Below, one piece after another: positions 36,480 through 44,295 of a DNA stretch of 64,000 nt (the stretch's first letter is position 1; every line of letters begins with the position of its first letter). The translations under genes were made by a program, and so were the position numbers. The stretch is from IMG/VR virus record IMGVR_UViG_2974782369_000001, positions 96,001 to 160,000 of that record; one strand, written 5' to 3'. Source of the DNA: a virus (lineage: Duplodnaviria > Caudoviricetes). Under the pieces are notes generated by a model. The model worked only from the letters and a program-made list of their open reading frames with translations. It had not been told where the DNA came from and did not search any database.

Positions 36480-36581
36480 TTACTTTTTTTTACCCCCGTT
36501 CTTTGCCTTCTTCGCTGTTGCGTTGCCCTGATTCTGTTTGCTGTTGTTGCCCTTCTTGCCCTTGTTTGGACTCTTGGCCAT
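36480..36581 (-). CDS. 33-aa Lys/Gly/Asn-rich basic peptide
   Basis: Hand translation MAKSPNKGKKGNNSKQNQGNATAKKAKNGGKKK, overprinted on the 3' end of 36490-36720. Confidence 0.5.
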   Translation of the reverse strand: MAKSPNKGKKGNNSKQNQGNATAKKAKNGGKKK

Positions 36582-36720
36582 CTTCTTCTAGTTCCTTAAA
36601 TGATAGGCGTAGAATATATATGACACAATATAGCGTAAAAATAAGTCCGCAACCAAGAAGGATGATTACAGACCAAGTGGGATCATTAATATCATTCAGT
36701 GGGCGGAGTAGGAGGTTCAT
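36490..36720 (-). CDS. Single-TM small protein
   Basis: DPTWSVIILLGCGLIFTLYCVIYIL. Confidence 0.65.
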   Translation of the reverse strand: MNLLLRPLNDINDPTWSVIILLGCGLIFTLYCVIYILRLSFKELEEDGQESKQGQEGQQQQTESGQRNSEEGKERG

Positions 36721-36860
36721 GGATTATTTGGATCTATTCCTAAGTTAATTAGATATTCTTTCCACCATTTAGGGTCACTTTTTTTCCAATCTGGCACTGG
36801 GCGACCCTGCTCAGAATACCACTCATAGAGAGCATCATCGATAATCTGTGCTACTTCCAT
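36717..36860 (-). CDS. 47-aa Trp-rich hypothetical protein
   Basis: MEVAQIIDDALYEWY...WWKEYLINLGIDP. Confidence 0.55.
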   Translation of the reverse strand: MEVAQIIDDALYEWYSEQGRPVPDWKKSDPKWWKEYLINLGIDPNNP

Positions 36861-37044
36861 ATTCTTCTTCCTTTTCATCAACGTCTGCATATGGATTGTC
36901 CACGAAGGGTCCTCGTTTTCGTAGAGGTTCTTTTCTGACATAATCAGTCTCCTCGTTTACTGCTTCAATCCAAACAGCAAGTTTCATGATTATAAAAATT
37001 ATAACCAGTGGTGTAAAACAACCAACTAGAATGATTGGATTCAT
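36835..37044 (-). CDS. Single-TM small protein
   Basis: GCFTPLVIIFIIMKLAVWI. Confidence 0.65.
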   Translation of the reverse strand: MNPIILVGCFTPLVIIFIIMKLAVWIEAVNEETDYVRKEPLRKRGPFVDNPYADVDEKEEEYGSSTDYR

Positions 37045-37199
37045 TTGTGGCTCCTATGAAAAGGTTCCCAGTGCTCCCATCCATATTTATGGACTGCCCA
37101 CATTCCAAGGATGGGGACAAACACCAGAAGGAATCCCATGATGCCTAAGCACCACGGACGCTCCATTACCATTCTTGCTATGTGTCCTAGTTCGTGCAT
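37041..37199 (-). CDS. 52-aa single-TM microprotein
   Basis: MHELGHIARMVMERPWCLGIMGFLLVFVPILGMWAVHKYGWEHWEPFHRSHK; coupled at both ends. Confidence 0.7.
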   Translation of the reverse strand: MHELGHIARMVMERPWCLGIMGFLLVFVPILGMWAVHKYGWEHWEPFHRSHK

Positions 37200-37285
37200 C
37201 ATTGGTCTGATAAAATTGAAATGAGAAAAAGAAAGATGCCAAAGGAAAGCATAAAACCTAAGATGAATGCTTCTGAGAAATCCAT
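37199..37285 (-). CDS. 28-aa TM micropeptide
   Basis: MDFSEAFILGFMLSFGIFLFLISILSDQ. Confidence 0.5.
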   Translation of the reverse strand: MDFSEAFILGFMLSFGIFLFLISILSDQ

Positions 37286-37428
37286 GTCGCCCAAGGGTCG
37301 CAATTGTTTAAACAAGATTCTGGATGCTTCCAGTCGTTATCTCTAAGGATACTCAACTCAAGCTTGAGTCTTTTTATCTCGGTCTTAAGTATGCAGTTTT
37401 CTTTCTCTAATTCTGTGATTCTGTCCAT
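37258..37428 (-). CDS. 56-aa coiled-coil microprotein
   Basis: MDRITELEKENCILKTEIKRLKLEL...HPESCLNNCDPW. Confidence 0.55.
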   Translation of the reverse strand: MDRITELEKENCILKTEIKRLKLELSILRDNDWKHPESCLNNCDPWATWISQKHSS

Positions 37429-37601
37429 AAGTCTCTAAAGTAACGATCTACATGATATAGACAATCGAGTGGTGCTATTTCCTCATGTAATGCCCATCCC
37501 AAACAAAAGTCGGACATTTCTTGAGTAACGTGTGACACTCCATACATTCTTGAGAATGATGACATAGCAAACCAATACCGCCTTTTAGTGGGCAGTTCCA
37601 T
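37407..37601 (-). CDS. Hypothetical protein
   Basis: MELPTKRRYWFAMSSFSRMYG... Confidence 0.6.
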   Translation of the reverse strand: MELPTKRRYWFAMSSFSRMYGVSHVTQEMSDFCLGWALHEEIAPLDCLYHVDRYFRDLWTESQN

Positions 37602-37716
37602 TTCCTTTGTACATATCGGTGTCATAGTAACCTCCCTTTCTTGATCCGAAATAGAGTGTAGTTAAAACAAAAGGCACCGCTACAATTAGCAATGCCCGTC
37701 CCAGTAGATGCTCCAT
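37585..37716 (-). CDS. ndhP: NDH-1L small subunit NdhP homolog (43 aa)
   Basis: MEHLLGRALLIVAVPFVLTTLYFGSRKGGYYDTDMYKGNGTAH; single TM plus an FG..KGGYYDTD.Y.GNG.AH tail matching cyanobacterial NdhP (FGTRNGFYDTDQYHGNGSAH, recalled). Confidence 0.85.
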   Translation of the reverse strand: MEHLLGRALLIVAVPFVLTTLYFGSRKGGYYDTDMYKGNGTAH

Positions 37717-37822
37717 GTTTTTTTATTTGGAATGTGTGAAATGACTGAAGTTAATACGAACCATTCAGATGCTGTAGAATAAACTACATGCTTGATATCG
37801 TTTACTGTAACGATATACTTCC

Positions 37823-37990
37823 TCATATAATTCGACCAGGCACATAATCCATACCATCTAGAATTTCATCTAGCATTGCGCCATATTCATTAAATTGCTT
37901 ATCACCAGCAATAAAAGATCTTTGTCTCCTCCAAACTGCCTCTGCTAGCATCTGCCTTTCTCTGGTGCTGAAATTTGTGTCGTATCTCAT
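37823..37990 (-). CDS. 55-aa hypothetical protein
   Basis: MRYDTNFSTRERQMLAEAVWRRQRSFIAGD...; ATGA coupling. Confidence 0.6.
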   Translation of the reverse strand: MRYDTNFSTRERQMLAEAVWRRQRSFIAGDKQFNEYGAMLDEILDGMDYVPGRII

Positions 37991-38166
37991 TTTTTAAATA
38001 GGTCCTCTACTTGTTTGCGAGCGTCGATCATTTTTTTATTTTCCCTTTCAGCATGTTTATAACCGTGCTTTCCAGTTACAATAAAATGTCCCTGACATAT
38101 CATAGTTATACCGAAAAGAAAGAGGGTAATTACACCCAACCAATCTACAATGTGATGTTGAGCCAT
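37987..38166 (-). CDS. 59-aa single-TM microprotein
   Basis: MAQHHIVDWLGVITLFLFGITMICQGHFIVTGKHGYKHAERE... Confidence 0.6.
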   Translation of the reverse strand: MAQHHIVDWLGVITLFLFGITMICQGHFIVTGKHGYKHAERENKKMIDARKQVEDLFKK

Positions 38167-38369
38167 GGTAATACTGGGGGAATGACACCAATAAGTCTTA
38201 GAAGTCCTTCAGCAAATAAAGCAAGAACCACCCAACCAACACACATAGAAATAATGGAAGCATTCCGATTGTGCTTTCGTATAGCAGCATCGATCATCTC
38301 CTGCACTCTTTCTTCTGTTAATCTTTCGGGTGGATCCACCCCCTTGCCCCAGTCTTTAAACATCGTCAT
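38145..38369 (-). CDS. Small membrane protein
   Basis: VQEMIDAAIRKHNRNASIISMCVGWVVLALFAEGLLRL. Confidence 0.7.
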   Translation of the reverse strand: MTMFKDWGKGVDPPERLTEERVQEMIDAAIRKHNRNASIISMCVGWVVLALFAEGLLRLIGVIPPVLPWLNITL

Positions 38370-38526
38370 CTTCCTCGTAATCGTATGATGTTAAACGGCA
38401 ATCCCAAAAGTCTTCCCACCCAGGTTCGTATAATGGGCAAGGCTCCTCAAAAAGGTGTGCCATCCTAAGATGATACACCCTTTCTCTCAACTCTTTATAG
38501 AATTCCCTTTTTTCTTTAGGGTCCAT
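38356..38526 (-). CDS. 56-aa hypothetical protein
   Basis: MDPKEKREFYKELRER...HLFEEPCPLYEP. Confidence 0.6.
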   Translation of the reverse strand: MDPKEKREFYKELRERVYHLRMAHLFEEPCPLYEPGWEDFWDCRLTSYDYEEDDDV

Positions 38527-38661
38527 TTACGGATTGTGATTTTTATTCGATTTGATTTGATTATATCCCCAGACTGCGAGGGTGCCGATACCTAGACCAG
38601 CAATACAACAGAGTAACATGTGAATAATATGTTCGTAGGTTGAGTGATCAGCGTGATTCAT
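38527..38661 (-). CDS. 44-aa His-rich single-TM microprotein
   Basis: MNHADHSTYEHIIHMLLCCIAGLGIGTLAVWGY... Confidence 0.55.
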   Translation of the reverse strand: MNHADHSTYEHIIHMLLCCIAGLGIGTLAVWGYNQIKSNKNHNP

Positions 38662-38771
38662 CCAAAATACATTACAGAAAGTGTGAAGACAACAAAGATG
38701 ATTACCGTAAATATCATCAATCCTATGCCCGCCCAGATTACCCAATTGGGCATAGGTTCATATTGATGCAT
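38658..38771 (-). CDS. 37-aa TM micropeptide coupled to petF
   Basis: [37 protein letters not shown]; TGATG overlap with the petF stop. Confidence 0.55.
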   Translation of the reverse strand: MHQYEPMPNWVIWAGIGLMIFTVIIFVVFTLSVMYFG

Positions 38772-39061
38772 CAGAGGTTTTCTTCTTGCTCAGTCAGGAT
38801 AACACAATCGCTGGTGGGATATGCCACACAGGTAAGCACCCAACCTTCAGCGATTTGATCATCGTCAAGGAAGGATTGCTCTTCGTTATCTACGGTACCA
38901 GAGATGAGTTTTCCCGCGCAAGCCGAGCAAGCACCTGCTTTGCATGATGAAGGGAGGTCAACACCCGCTTCTTCTGCAGCTTCAAGAATATACTGATCTT
39001 CCTCACATTGAATGACAGTCTCGGTGCCATCGGGAGATTGGAGAGTAACATTGTATGCCAT
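38771..39061 (-). CDS. petF: Plant-type [2Fe-2S] ferredoxin
   Basis: [13 protein letters not shown]...EQSFLDDDQ...VLTCVAYP. Confidence 0.97.
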   Translation of the reverse strand: MAYNVTLQSPDGTETVIQCEEDQYILEAAEEAGVDLPSSCKAGACSACAGKLISGTVDNEEQSFLDDDQIAEGWVLTCVAYPTSDCVILTEQEENL

Positions 39062-39063
39062 AG

Positions 39064-39387
39064 TTAATTAACGTGAATAGTGCCAATCATGCCCGCACCT
39101 TTATGTGGGGCACACCAGTAAGTATAATCGCCTACTTCGGGGAAGTCAATACTAAAGTCTTCACCTGGCAACATTGCCAGACCTTCGTGAGACAACTCAG
39201 GATGATCCTCAACAATCACGTTATGGGGAGGAAGCATGTTGTTGATAAAATGAACCGATTCCCCAGCAGAGATTGTTACTTCAGCAGGATCAAATACTAG
39301 ATTGCCATTGGCACCCATTTGGACATCGACTGCCCATGCAGGAAGGGCAAAAAATAGAGTAGCAAGAAGAGAGAAAAGAAATCTCAT
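39064..39387 (-). CDS. petE: Plastocyanin
   Basis: Signal peptide, [15 protein letters not shown] copper ligands. Confidence 0.96.
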   Translation of the reverse strand: MRFLFSLLATLFFALPAWAVDVQMGANGNLVFDPAEVTISAGESVHFINNMLPPHNVIVEDHPELSHEGLAMLPGEDFSIDFPEVGDYTYWCAPHKGAGMIGTIHVN

Positions 39388-39451
39388 TGAGTATTTGCAA
39401 CTAATACTATCTAGGTCCTTTTACTCAGTTGTTACACTTTATTATCAGCAA

Positions 39452-39703
39452 TTACTCACTTGGATAATCTTGATCCAATTGTTGTAGACGTTTTTCCCAT
39501 GTTATGCCAGAGTCAGATCCTTTGCATGGATTTATACAAGTATGATCACCTAGTTTGTTACAAACAAGTCCAGCAAGATCGTGAGGATCGCCTTCCTTTC
39601 CAGTGCCAGACCAGTAGTGTTGTCCATTCAACCATAAAGCACCACACTTGGGACATTCCTTCCTATCTATCGATAGGTCAGACATTTCTTTATCGTTTGC
39701 CAT
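39452..39703 (-). CDS. Cys-rich, putatively metal-binding hypothetical protein
   Basis: CPKC..W.NGQHYW...LAGLVCN...CINPC. Confidence 0.75.
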   Translation of the reverse strand: MANDKEMSDLSIDRKECPKCGALWLNGQHYWSGTGKEGDPHDLAGLVCNKLGDHTCINPCKGSDSGITWEKRLQQLDQDYPSE

Positions 39704-39905
39704 AGGTTTGATAGTGCTCCTTGAAACTAGTTGGTTTGATACCGAGATCTTTTTCCAACTTTCTTCGCATGAAGTATGCTCGGAAAATTACCCAGTGCCA
39801 GCGCACCTCAATATCTGCATAAGCGACAAGTCTCATCGTGCTGTCAACACCCGCATATGCTACGAGCACGACAAACACTGCAACCAATAAGTAAAATGAG
39901 ACCAT
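39690..39905 (-). CDS. Membrane-anchored hypothetical protein
   Basis: MVSFYLLVAVFVVLVAYAG... Confidence 0.7.
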   Translation of the reverse strand: MVSFYLLVAVFVVLVAYAGVDSTMRLVAYADIEVRWHWVIFRAYFMRRKLEKDLGIKPTSFKEHYQTYGKR

Positions 39906-39928
39906 ACGAGTATCACGCTGATACAACT

Positions 39929-39980
39929 ATTATAGTCACTATTTAACGCTTGTAAAGCTACAAATGATTACAATTTGTAG
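39929..39980 (-). promoter_or_regulatory. Composite promoter of the petE/petF island with an upstream inverted repeat
   Basis: TTTACA-N16-TATAAT with an embedded GTTAAATA; CTACAAAT-N7-ATTTGTAG at 39958-39980. Confidence 0.5.
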
Positions 39981-40015
39981 ATATATGAAGAAATCCTGAA
40001 TAAATTATAAACTTT

Positions 40016-40765
40016 TTATGGCCAAGCGTAGTCTGTATTACCAGGAATCGGTGTATCGTCCTTAACTAAAATGCCTTCGCCAAAGACACCAGCATAAGTT
40101 GTGCCTGAGAGCGTCCTAATCTGCAACTCAATATCAGACTTCTCAGTATACTTAAATGGAAAACGACGCTGGATATTCATCTGGTTTAGATAAGGAGTAT
40201 CAGCAACTCGTAAAATCCTACCATCTGAGAATGTAACTTTATTTCTAAACAATCCAGGTTTTGCTGCAGATGCGTCATTCATAAACGCATCAATACGATA
40301 CAGATAGAAACAATATCCAGCAGGGACAGTGAAGATAGATGCCTGATTTCTGCCACGACCAGCATCAATCCTCGCATAGGTTACCGCACTATTAACAACG
40401 GAGATATCACCAGTTGCATTACCACTGATGACGATAGCATCATTGATACGAAAGAAACCAAGAGTTGTTACTGCTGGTGTAGCATTGTTGAGTGTAACAT
40501 TCTCTGAAATCTCTTCATAGTCTGCATCCAGACCAATCAATCTGACGACGATACCATCATCCGCTGCACCAGTAGAACTGGTCACTGTCATATTCAGAGC
40601 AGCAGAAGGAAACACATAGTCAGTTGTGCCTGCCAACTCCCACAGTGCTCTCATCGTTGTAGTGGTAGCAGCATTAAAACCAAAGATGTTTCTTACAGAT
40701 GCACCTTTCACTTTGCCGCGAGCAACTGACAGCGGAAAGTTGTCTTCAATAATAAAATTCTTCAT
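40016..40765 (-). CDS. Beta-rich phage hypothetical protein (possibly virion-associated)
   Basis: 249 aa; NIFGFN, YVFPS, FFRIN, IFTVPAGY, EKSDIE. Confidence 0.75.
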   Translation of the reverse strand: MKNFIIEDNFPLSVARGKVKGASVRNIFGFNAATTTTMRALWELAGTTDYVFPSAALNMTVTSSTGAADDGIVVRLIGLDADYEEISENVTLNNATPAVTTLGFFRINDAIVISGNATGDISVVNSAVTYARIDAGRGRNQASIFTVPAGYCFYLYRIDAFMNDASAAKPGLFRNKVTFSDGRILRVADTPYLNQMNIQRRFPFKYTEKSDIELQIRTLSGTTYAGVFGEGILVKDDTPIPGNTDYAWP

Positions 40766-41091
40766 CAGAATGCTCCGTACTTATGACCCTCGCCATCAAT
40801 CGTAACTTTGTTTGACTTGGTGATATTCAGTCTGCTCTTCTCTACAGGATAGATCGCTTGGACCATTGCACCAGGATATTCACCCTGAAGCATTTCTACA
40901 AGACCATGTTTCGTAGGAGTGTCTTCGGAAACAAACTCAATGTTATACAACTCACCATTGTAGAGCACATCAGCAGAATAGGTTTCACCTACCTGTTGTG
41001 GCTCTTCTGGTTGAGAGTTGATGTATAGATTTCCGTTGAAATCTCCCGAGATATTGACACTCTCGGACATGAATTGACTATAGGATTTCAT
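40765..41091 (-). CDS. Candidate capsid-internal protein with CTS-like N-terminus
   Basis: MKSYSQFMSE|S resembles the T4 internal-protein CTS MKTYQEFIAE. Confidence 0.6.
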   Translation of the reverse strand: MKSYSQFMSESVNISGDFNGNLYINSQPEEPQQVGETYSADVLYNGELYNIEFVSEDTPTKHGLVEMLQGEYPGAMVQAIYPVEKSRLNITKSNKVTIDGEGHKYGAF

Positions 41092-41092
41092 A

Positions 41093-42538
41093 TTAGCAAT
41101 TCCAAGCTCTTAGTGATTTGTTGATCCTGCTATCAGGATCGTTGGCGGTTTTCTTAGAAGTTAATTTCTTTTTCATGCCGTCCATTCTAGCGCAGAAGGA
41201 TGTCCTGCGGGGATTTCCAACCTTCTTGCTAGGTGCTTTAAGGTCAGATCCTGGATTTTCCTCCTCGTAGGATTTTCTGCCTTTTTCGTTAAGTCCACCT
41301 TCTGAGTTTTTTCCTGCCGTCCTTGTCCAGGCTGCGGATTCATTTGTTACTTCTTCGTTTTTACTGTCACAAGTGCAAGATCCCTTTGTGCCAGCAACTG
41401 TGCCAGGCACACGTCTGCAACCTTTCCAGCACTTCATTGCTGCTTCAAAGGTGAATTCTTCAGACTTGTTACCCCAGTTATCTGCACCGACCTTACGACA
41501 TTGGACAAGTGCTCCAGATGCATATGCACTTGGCCAAACCTTATAACGAGATTTTACTTTTTTATAGCAAGCATCTTTCTCGCCTGCTGCTTCATCAAAC
41601 TGCTCTTCTGTGAGCCATTCTAACGACTCTTCCATGCCAACATTGGTGACACGCTCTTTCTTTTTCTTATCTCTTTGCGTAAGATACTGATTAAGTTGTC
41701 TCTGCTTGAGGCGACGAATCATCTCAGATCTCTTGCTGAGATACTTGGGAGATTCGCCCTGAGTTGCACGGATTGCTTTGATGGCAATATCAGTTACTTT
41801 ACCCTCTTCAATTGCCTCACCTTCAGGTTCGAAGGAATTATTTAGACCTAACCTACGTTTGATCTTATCACGAATACCCTCCTTCTTTTTGGGGGGAGTA
41901 TAACCTTTCTGACGCTTGGCATAGTCCATGTAGGACTCACCAGGACGCAGTTTCTTGGAGTCGGACTTGGGTTTGGGTTTCGATGCCGAAGCACGATCTT
42001 CACGGGCCCGCTGGTTAGCACCAGGACCACCTAGTTTACGATCCTCATCGGGATCAGGATGCCAGAAATCGCCACGCTCTAGGATAGTTTCTTCAGTTGC
42101 CACGTTTTTCGCTTTCCCTTTTCTATCTGGATTTGGGTCTTCAGCATTCTTTCTACGGAATGCCTTTTCCTCTTCGTCACTATTTAGTGCTCTCCTCATT
42201 TTTGAAGAACCGCACTTTGGTTTTGTTTTTTGTCCTGGCTGTCTTGCACAAGGCTTTCCTGCGTATTTACCACCAATTTGAGGCCAACCAGGGGTGCCAT
42301 CATCAGCACTATTCTGAGCAAACCAGTCATGCAGAGAATCATCACCACTCTTGTTCGCTTCTCCGAAAATTTCATTGTAAGTAGGGGGCATTTTTACTTG
42401 CTCTTGTTGTGCCAATTTATTGGCAGTAGCATACATCACCTCTCTGGCACGCTTGCCATAGAGACGACGAAAACGAGAGGCACTACGCCTCTTCATTCCT
42501 CTGATAATTCTTTCTGCTTCCTGATTTACTGCAGGCAT
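41093..42538 (-). CDS. Modular basic protein (DUF5872-like and C-terminal DUF6321-like modules), candidate head-internal polyprotein
   Basis: Basic blocks separated by acidic linkers; DACYKKVKSRYKVWPSAYASGALVQCRK; GGLNEKGRKSY...RRTSFCARM...SLRAWNC. Confidence 0.75.
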   Translation of the reverse strand: MPAVNQEAERIIRGMKRRSASRFRRLYGKRAREVMYATANKLAQQEQVKMPPTYNEIFGEANKSGDDSLHDWFAQNSADDGTPGWPQIGGKYAGKPCARQPGQKTKPKCGSSKMRRALNSDEEEKAFRRKNAEDPNPDRKGKAKNVATEETILERGDFWHPDPDEDRKLGGPGANQRAREDRASASKPKPKSDSKKLRPGESYMDYAKRQKGYTPPKKKEGIRDKIKRRLGLNNSFEPEGEAIEEGKVTDIAIKAIRATQGESPKYLSKRSEMIRRLKQRQLNQYLTQRDKKKKERVTNVGMEESLEWLTEEQFDEAAGEKDACYKKVKSRYKVWPSAYASGALVQCRKVGADNWGNKSEEFTFEAAMKCWKGCRRVPGTVAGTKGSCTCDSKNEEVTNESAAWTRTAGKNSEGGLNEKGRKSYEEENPGSDLKAPSKKVGNPRRTSFCARMDGMKKKLTSKKTANDPDSRINKSLRAWNC

Positions 42539-42539
42539 A

Positions 42540-43076
42540 TCAGCTACCTACGACTTGGATTTCCTCTACGGTAATCGCAGCACCTGCACCCGCAGTGATC
42601 TTTACGCATCTCTTGACAACTGCTTGGGGTCCGCTATAAGCGTAAGTGTAATCAGCAGAAGCAGCTGAAGAGTCCACATCAGTTGTAATTGTGCTACCAG
42701 TTGCTGCTGTGATGGACTTACCAGCGGTGCCAGCAGATAAAAATTCACTGCCAATTGCAGGGGAAGTTGAATCATCTTCTACAGCGATAAAATCGCCAAC
42801 AGAGAAAGGATGAGTGCTGCTAATTTCACCGAGATTTGTACCAAGAGTATATACTGCTGTAGCAGAATCAGTTGCTTTTACAACTCTTGCTTGTCCTGGT
42901 TTGCCACCTTTCAGAAGCACAGCTTCATTTGCAAATACTTGAATTGCAGGACCATCATTGAAGGAAACGGTCGTTGCGGTTGTAGCACTCACTCTATAAA
43001 AACCACTCTTTACTACCTGATACTCGGTAGCAGATGCCGAAATAGAATTAGTGCTAATTACGTTAATTACTGTCAT
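42540..43076 (-). CDS. Hypothetical late (probably virion) protein
   Basis: 178 aa, beta-rich; late promoter GATAAATA at 43100-43107. Confidence 0.75.
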   Translation of the reverse strand: MTVINVISTNSISASATEYQVVKSGFYRVSATTATTVSFNDGPAIQVFANEAVLLKGGKPGQARVVKATDSATAVYTLGTNLGEISSTHPFSVGDFIAVEDDSTSPAIGSEFLSAGTAGKSITAATGSTITTDVDSSAASADYTYAYSGPQAVVKRCVKITAGAGAAITVEEIQVVGS

Positions 43077-43082
43077 GTCGTG

Positions 43083-43508
43083 TTAATTCGAGTCTGTATT
43101 ATTTATCTCCTTTTGTTTCTTTAGCATCTTTTGGAGATCTGCTGTGCTACCAATAAACATCGTATTGTTGACTGTAGAAGGACCAGTCTTCTTTTCTTCA
43201 GCATCCAACTCTTTCATCTTCTTCTGCAAGTCGATGAGTTTATCTGCTACGTCTCCAACGTTTTTAATAAGTTGACCTGCCACTTCATAAGCACGAGGAT
43301 GATCTGACGCTCGTGCCACATCAAGTATGCCATCAACTGCTTCCTGCCCTTTCATAACTAAGTTATGTAGTTGAGCACGAGTTGTCTCATAGTCCTGCTT
43401 TACATCAGCAGTTTCACTCTTTTTCAATGATGGTTTGTCACTCTCAATCTTTTGAATTTCAGAAGGCTCAGTGCCAAACGCATCATTTAAACCATCAAAT
43501 GCACCCAT
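43083..43508 (-). CDS. g16: Terminase small subunit gp16
   Basis: DYE.TR, HPRAYEVAGQLIK, FIGSTADLQK. Confidence 0.95.
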   Translation of the reverse strand: MGAFDGLNDAFGTEPSEIQKIESDKPSLKKSETADVKQDYETTRAQLHNLVMKGQEAVDGILDVARASDHPRAYEVAGQLIKNVGDVADKLIDLQKKMKELDAEEKKTGPSTVNNTMFIGSTADLQKMLKKQKEINNTDSN

Positions 43509-43509
43509 A

Positions 43510-44295
43510 TTAAATGTCCTCGTCTACGCCGCTTTGTGGATTACGTTTCTTATTATCTGTAAAGTCTTCTGATGTAACACCGAATCCGAAGTCATCATCA
43601 GCATCTGCTGTGATGGGATCAGGCACAACAGTATATCTGACGTTTCTTGGTGCCGATGTAGTATTTGTCTCGGCATAGATATCTGCGATTGCCTTTTTGA
43701 TGACCTTCGCATCGCTGACAGGACCGTATAGATAAGTCTTTGCGGTGAAACCTAGTGTGTAGATGATTGCTCTACGGGTCGAGAAGTCGCCCTCATAGTC
43801 ATCTTCATAGTCTACACTATTCAAGACAACAGGCACATCCTTAGTTTCATTCATCTCTTCCAACAATTTAATTGGAAGATTGTAGTGGGGTTGGAAGTAT
43901 GGAAGAATCTGCTCAAGAATTTCAAGACCATCTTCCTGTGTTTTAGAAATGATTGCTAACTCAAATCCAACATTGTATGGCACAGGCATGAAGACATTTT
44001 TGTTGTCTGTATTGTCCTTTGCAATTTTAATCTTTTGAGTTGGCGATACTTTTCTAGAAGGATCGTATGTAATGCCATTAATCTCAAAAGAAATTCTTGG
44101 CAAGGTGATTTGAGCCCTGACATTTGTAGGATCAGGAGTTGCATCCAAACGTGCTAAAAACTTCTGTTTTGGACCGTATGCCAAAGGCACCTTCATAACT
44201 TCATCGTCCTTATGGATTTCGATGTTATTAAAGAGTGTGCCAAAGGCAACAACAGTCTTTCTAAAAATTTGGTGATATGAATATGTGCCTAACAT
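43510..44295 (-). CDS. g15: Tail sheath stabiliser gp15
   Basis: AFGTLFNNI, VPLAYGPKQKF, LPRISFE, EQILPYFQP. Confidence 0.95.
   Translation of the reverse strand: MLGTYSYHQIFRKTVVAFGTLFNNIEIHKDDEVMKVPLAYGPKQKFLARLDATPDPTNVRAQITLPRISFEINGITYDPSRKVSPTQKIKIAKDNTDNKNVFMPVPYNVGFELAIISKTQEDGLEILEQILPYFQPHYNLPIKLLEEMNETKDVPVVLNSVDYEDDYEGDFSTRRAIIYTLGFTAKTYLYGPVSDAKVIKKAIADIYAETNTTSAPRNVRYTVVPDPITADADDDFGFGVTSEDFTDNKKRNPQSGVDEDI

Noticed and set aside
37041-37199. Possible NdhQ or other named photosystem subunit
   Set aside because: Only a vague W(A)xH similarity; not enough to assign without a profile search
39388-39980. NtcA or Pho boxes near petE
   Set aside because: No GTA-N8-TAC with correct spacing and no tandem Pho-box repeats seen
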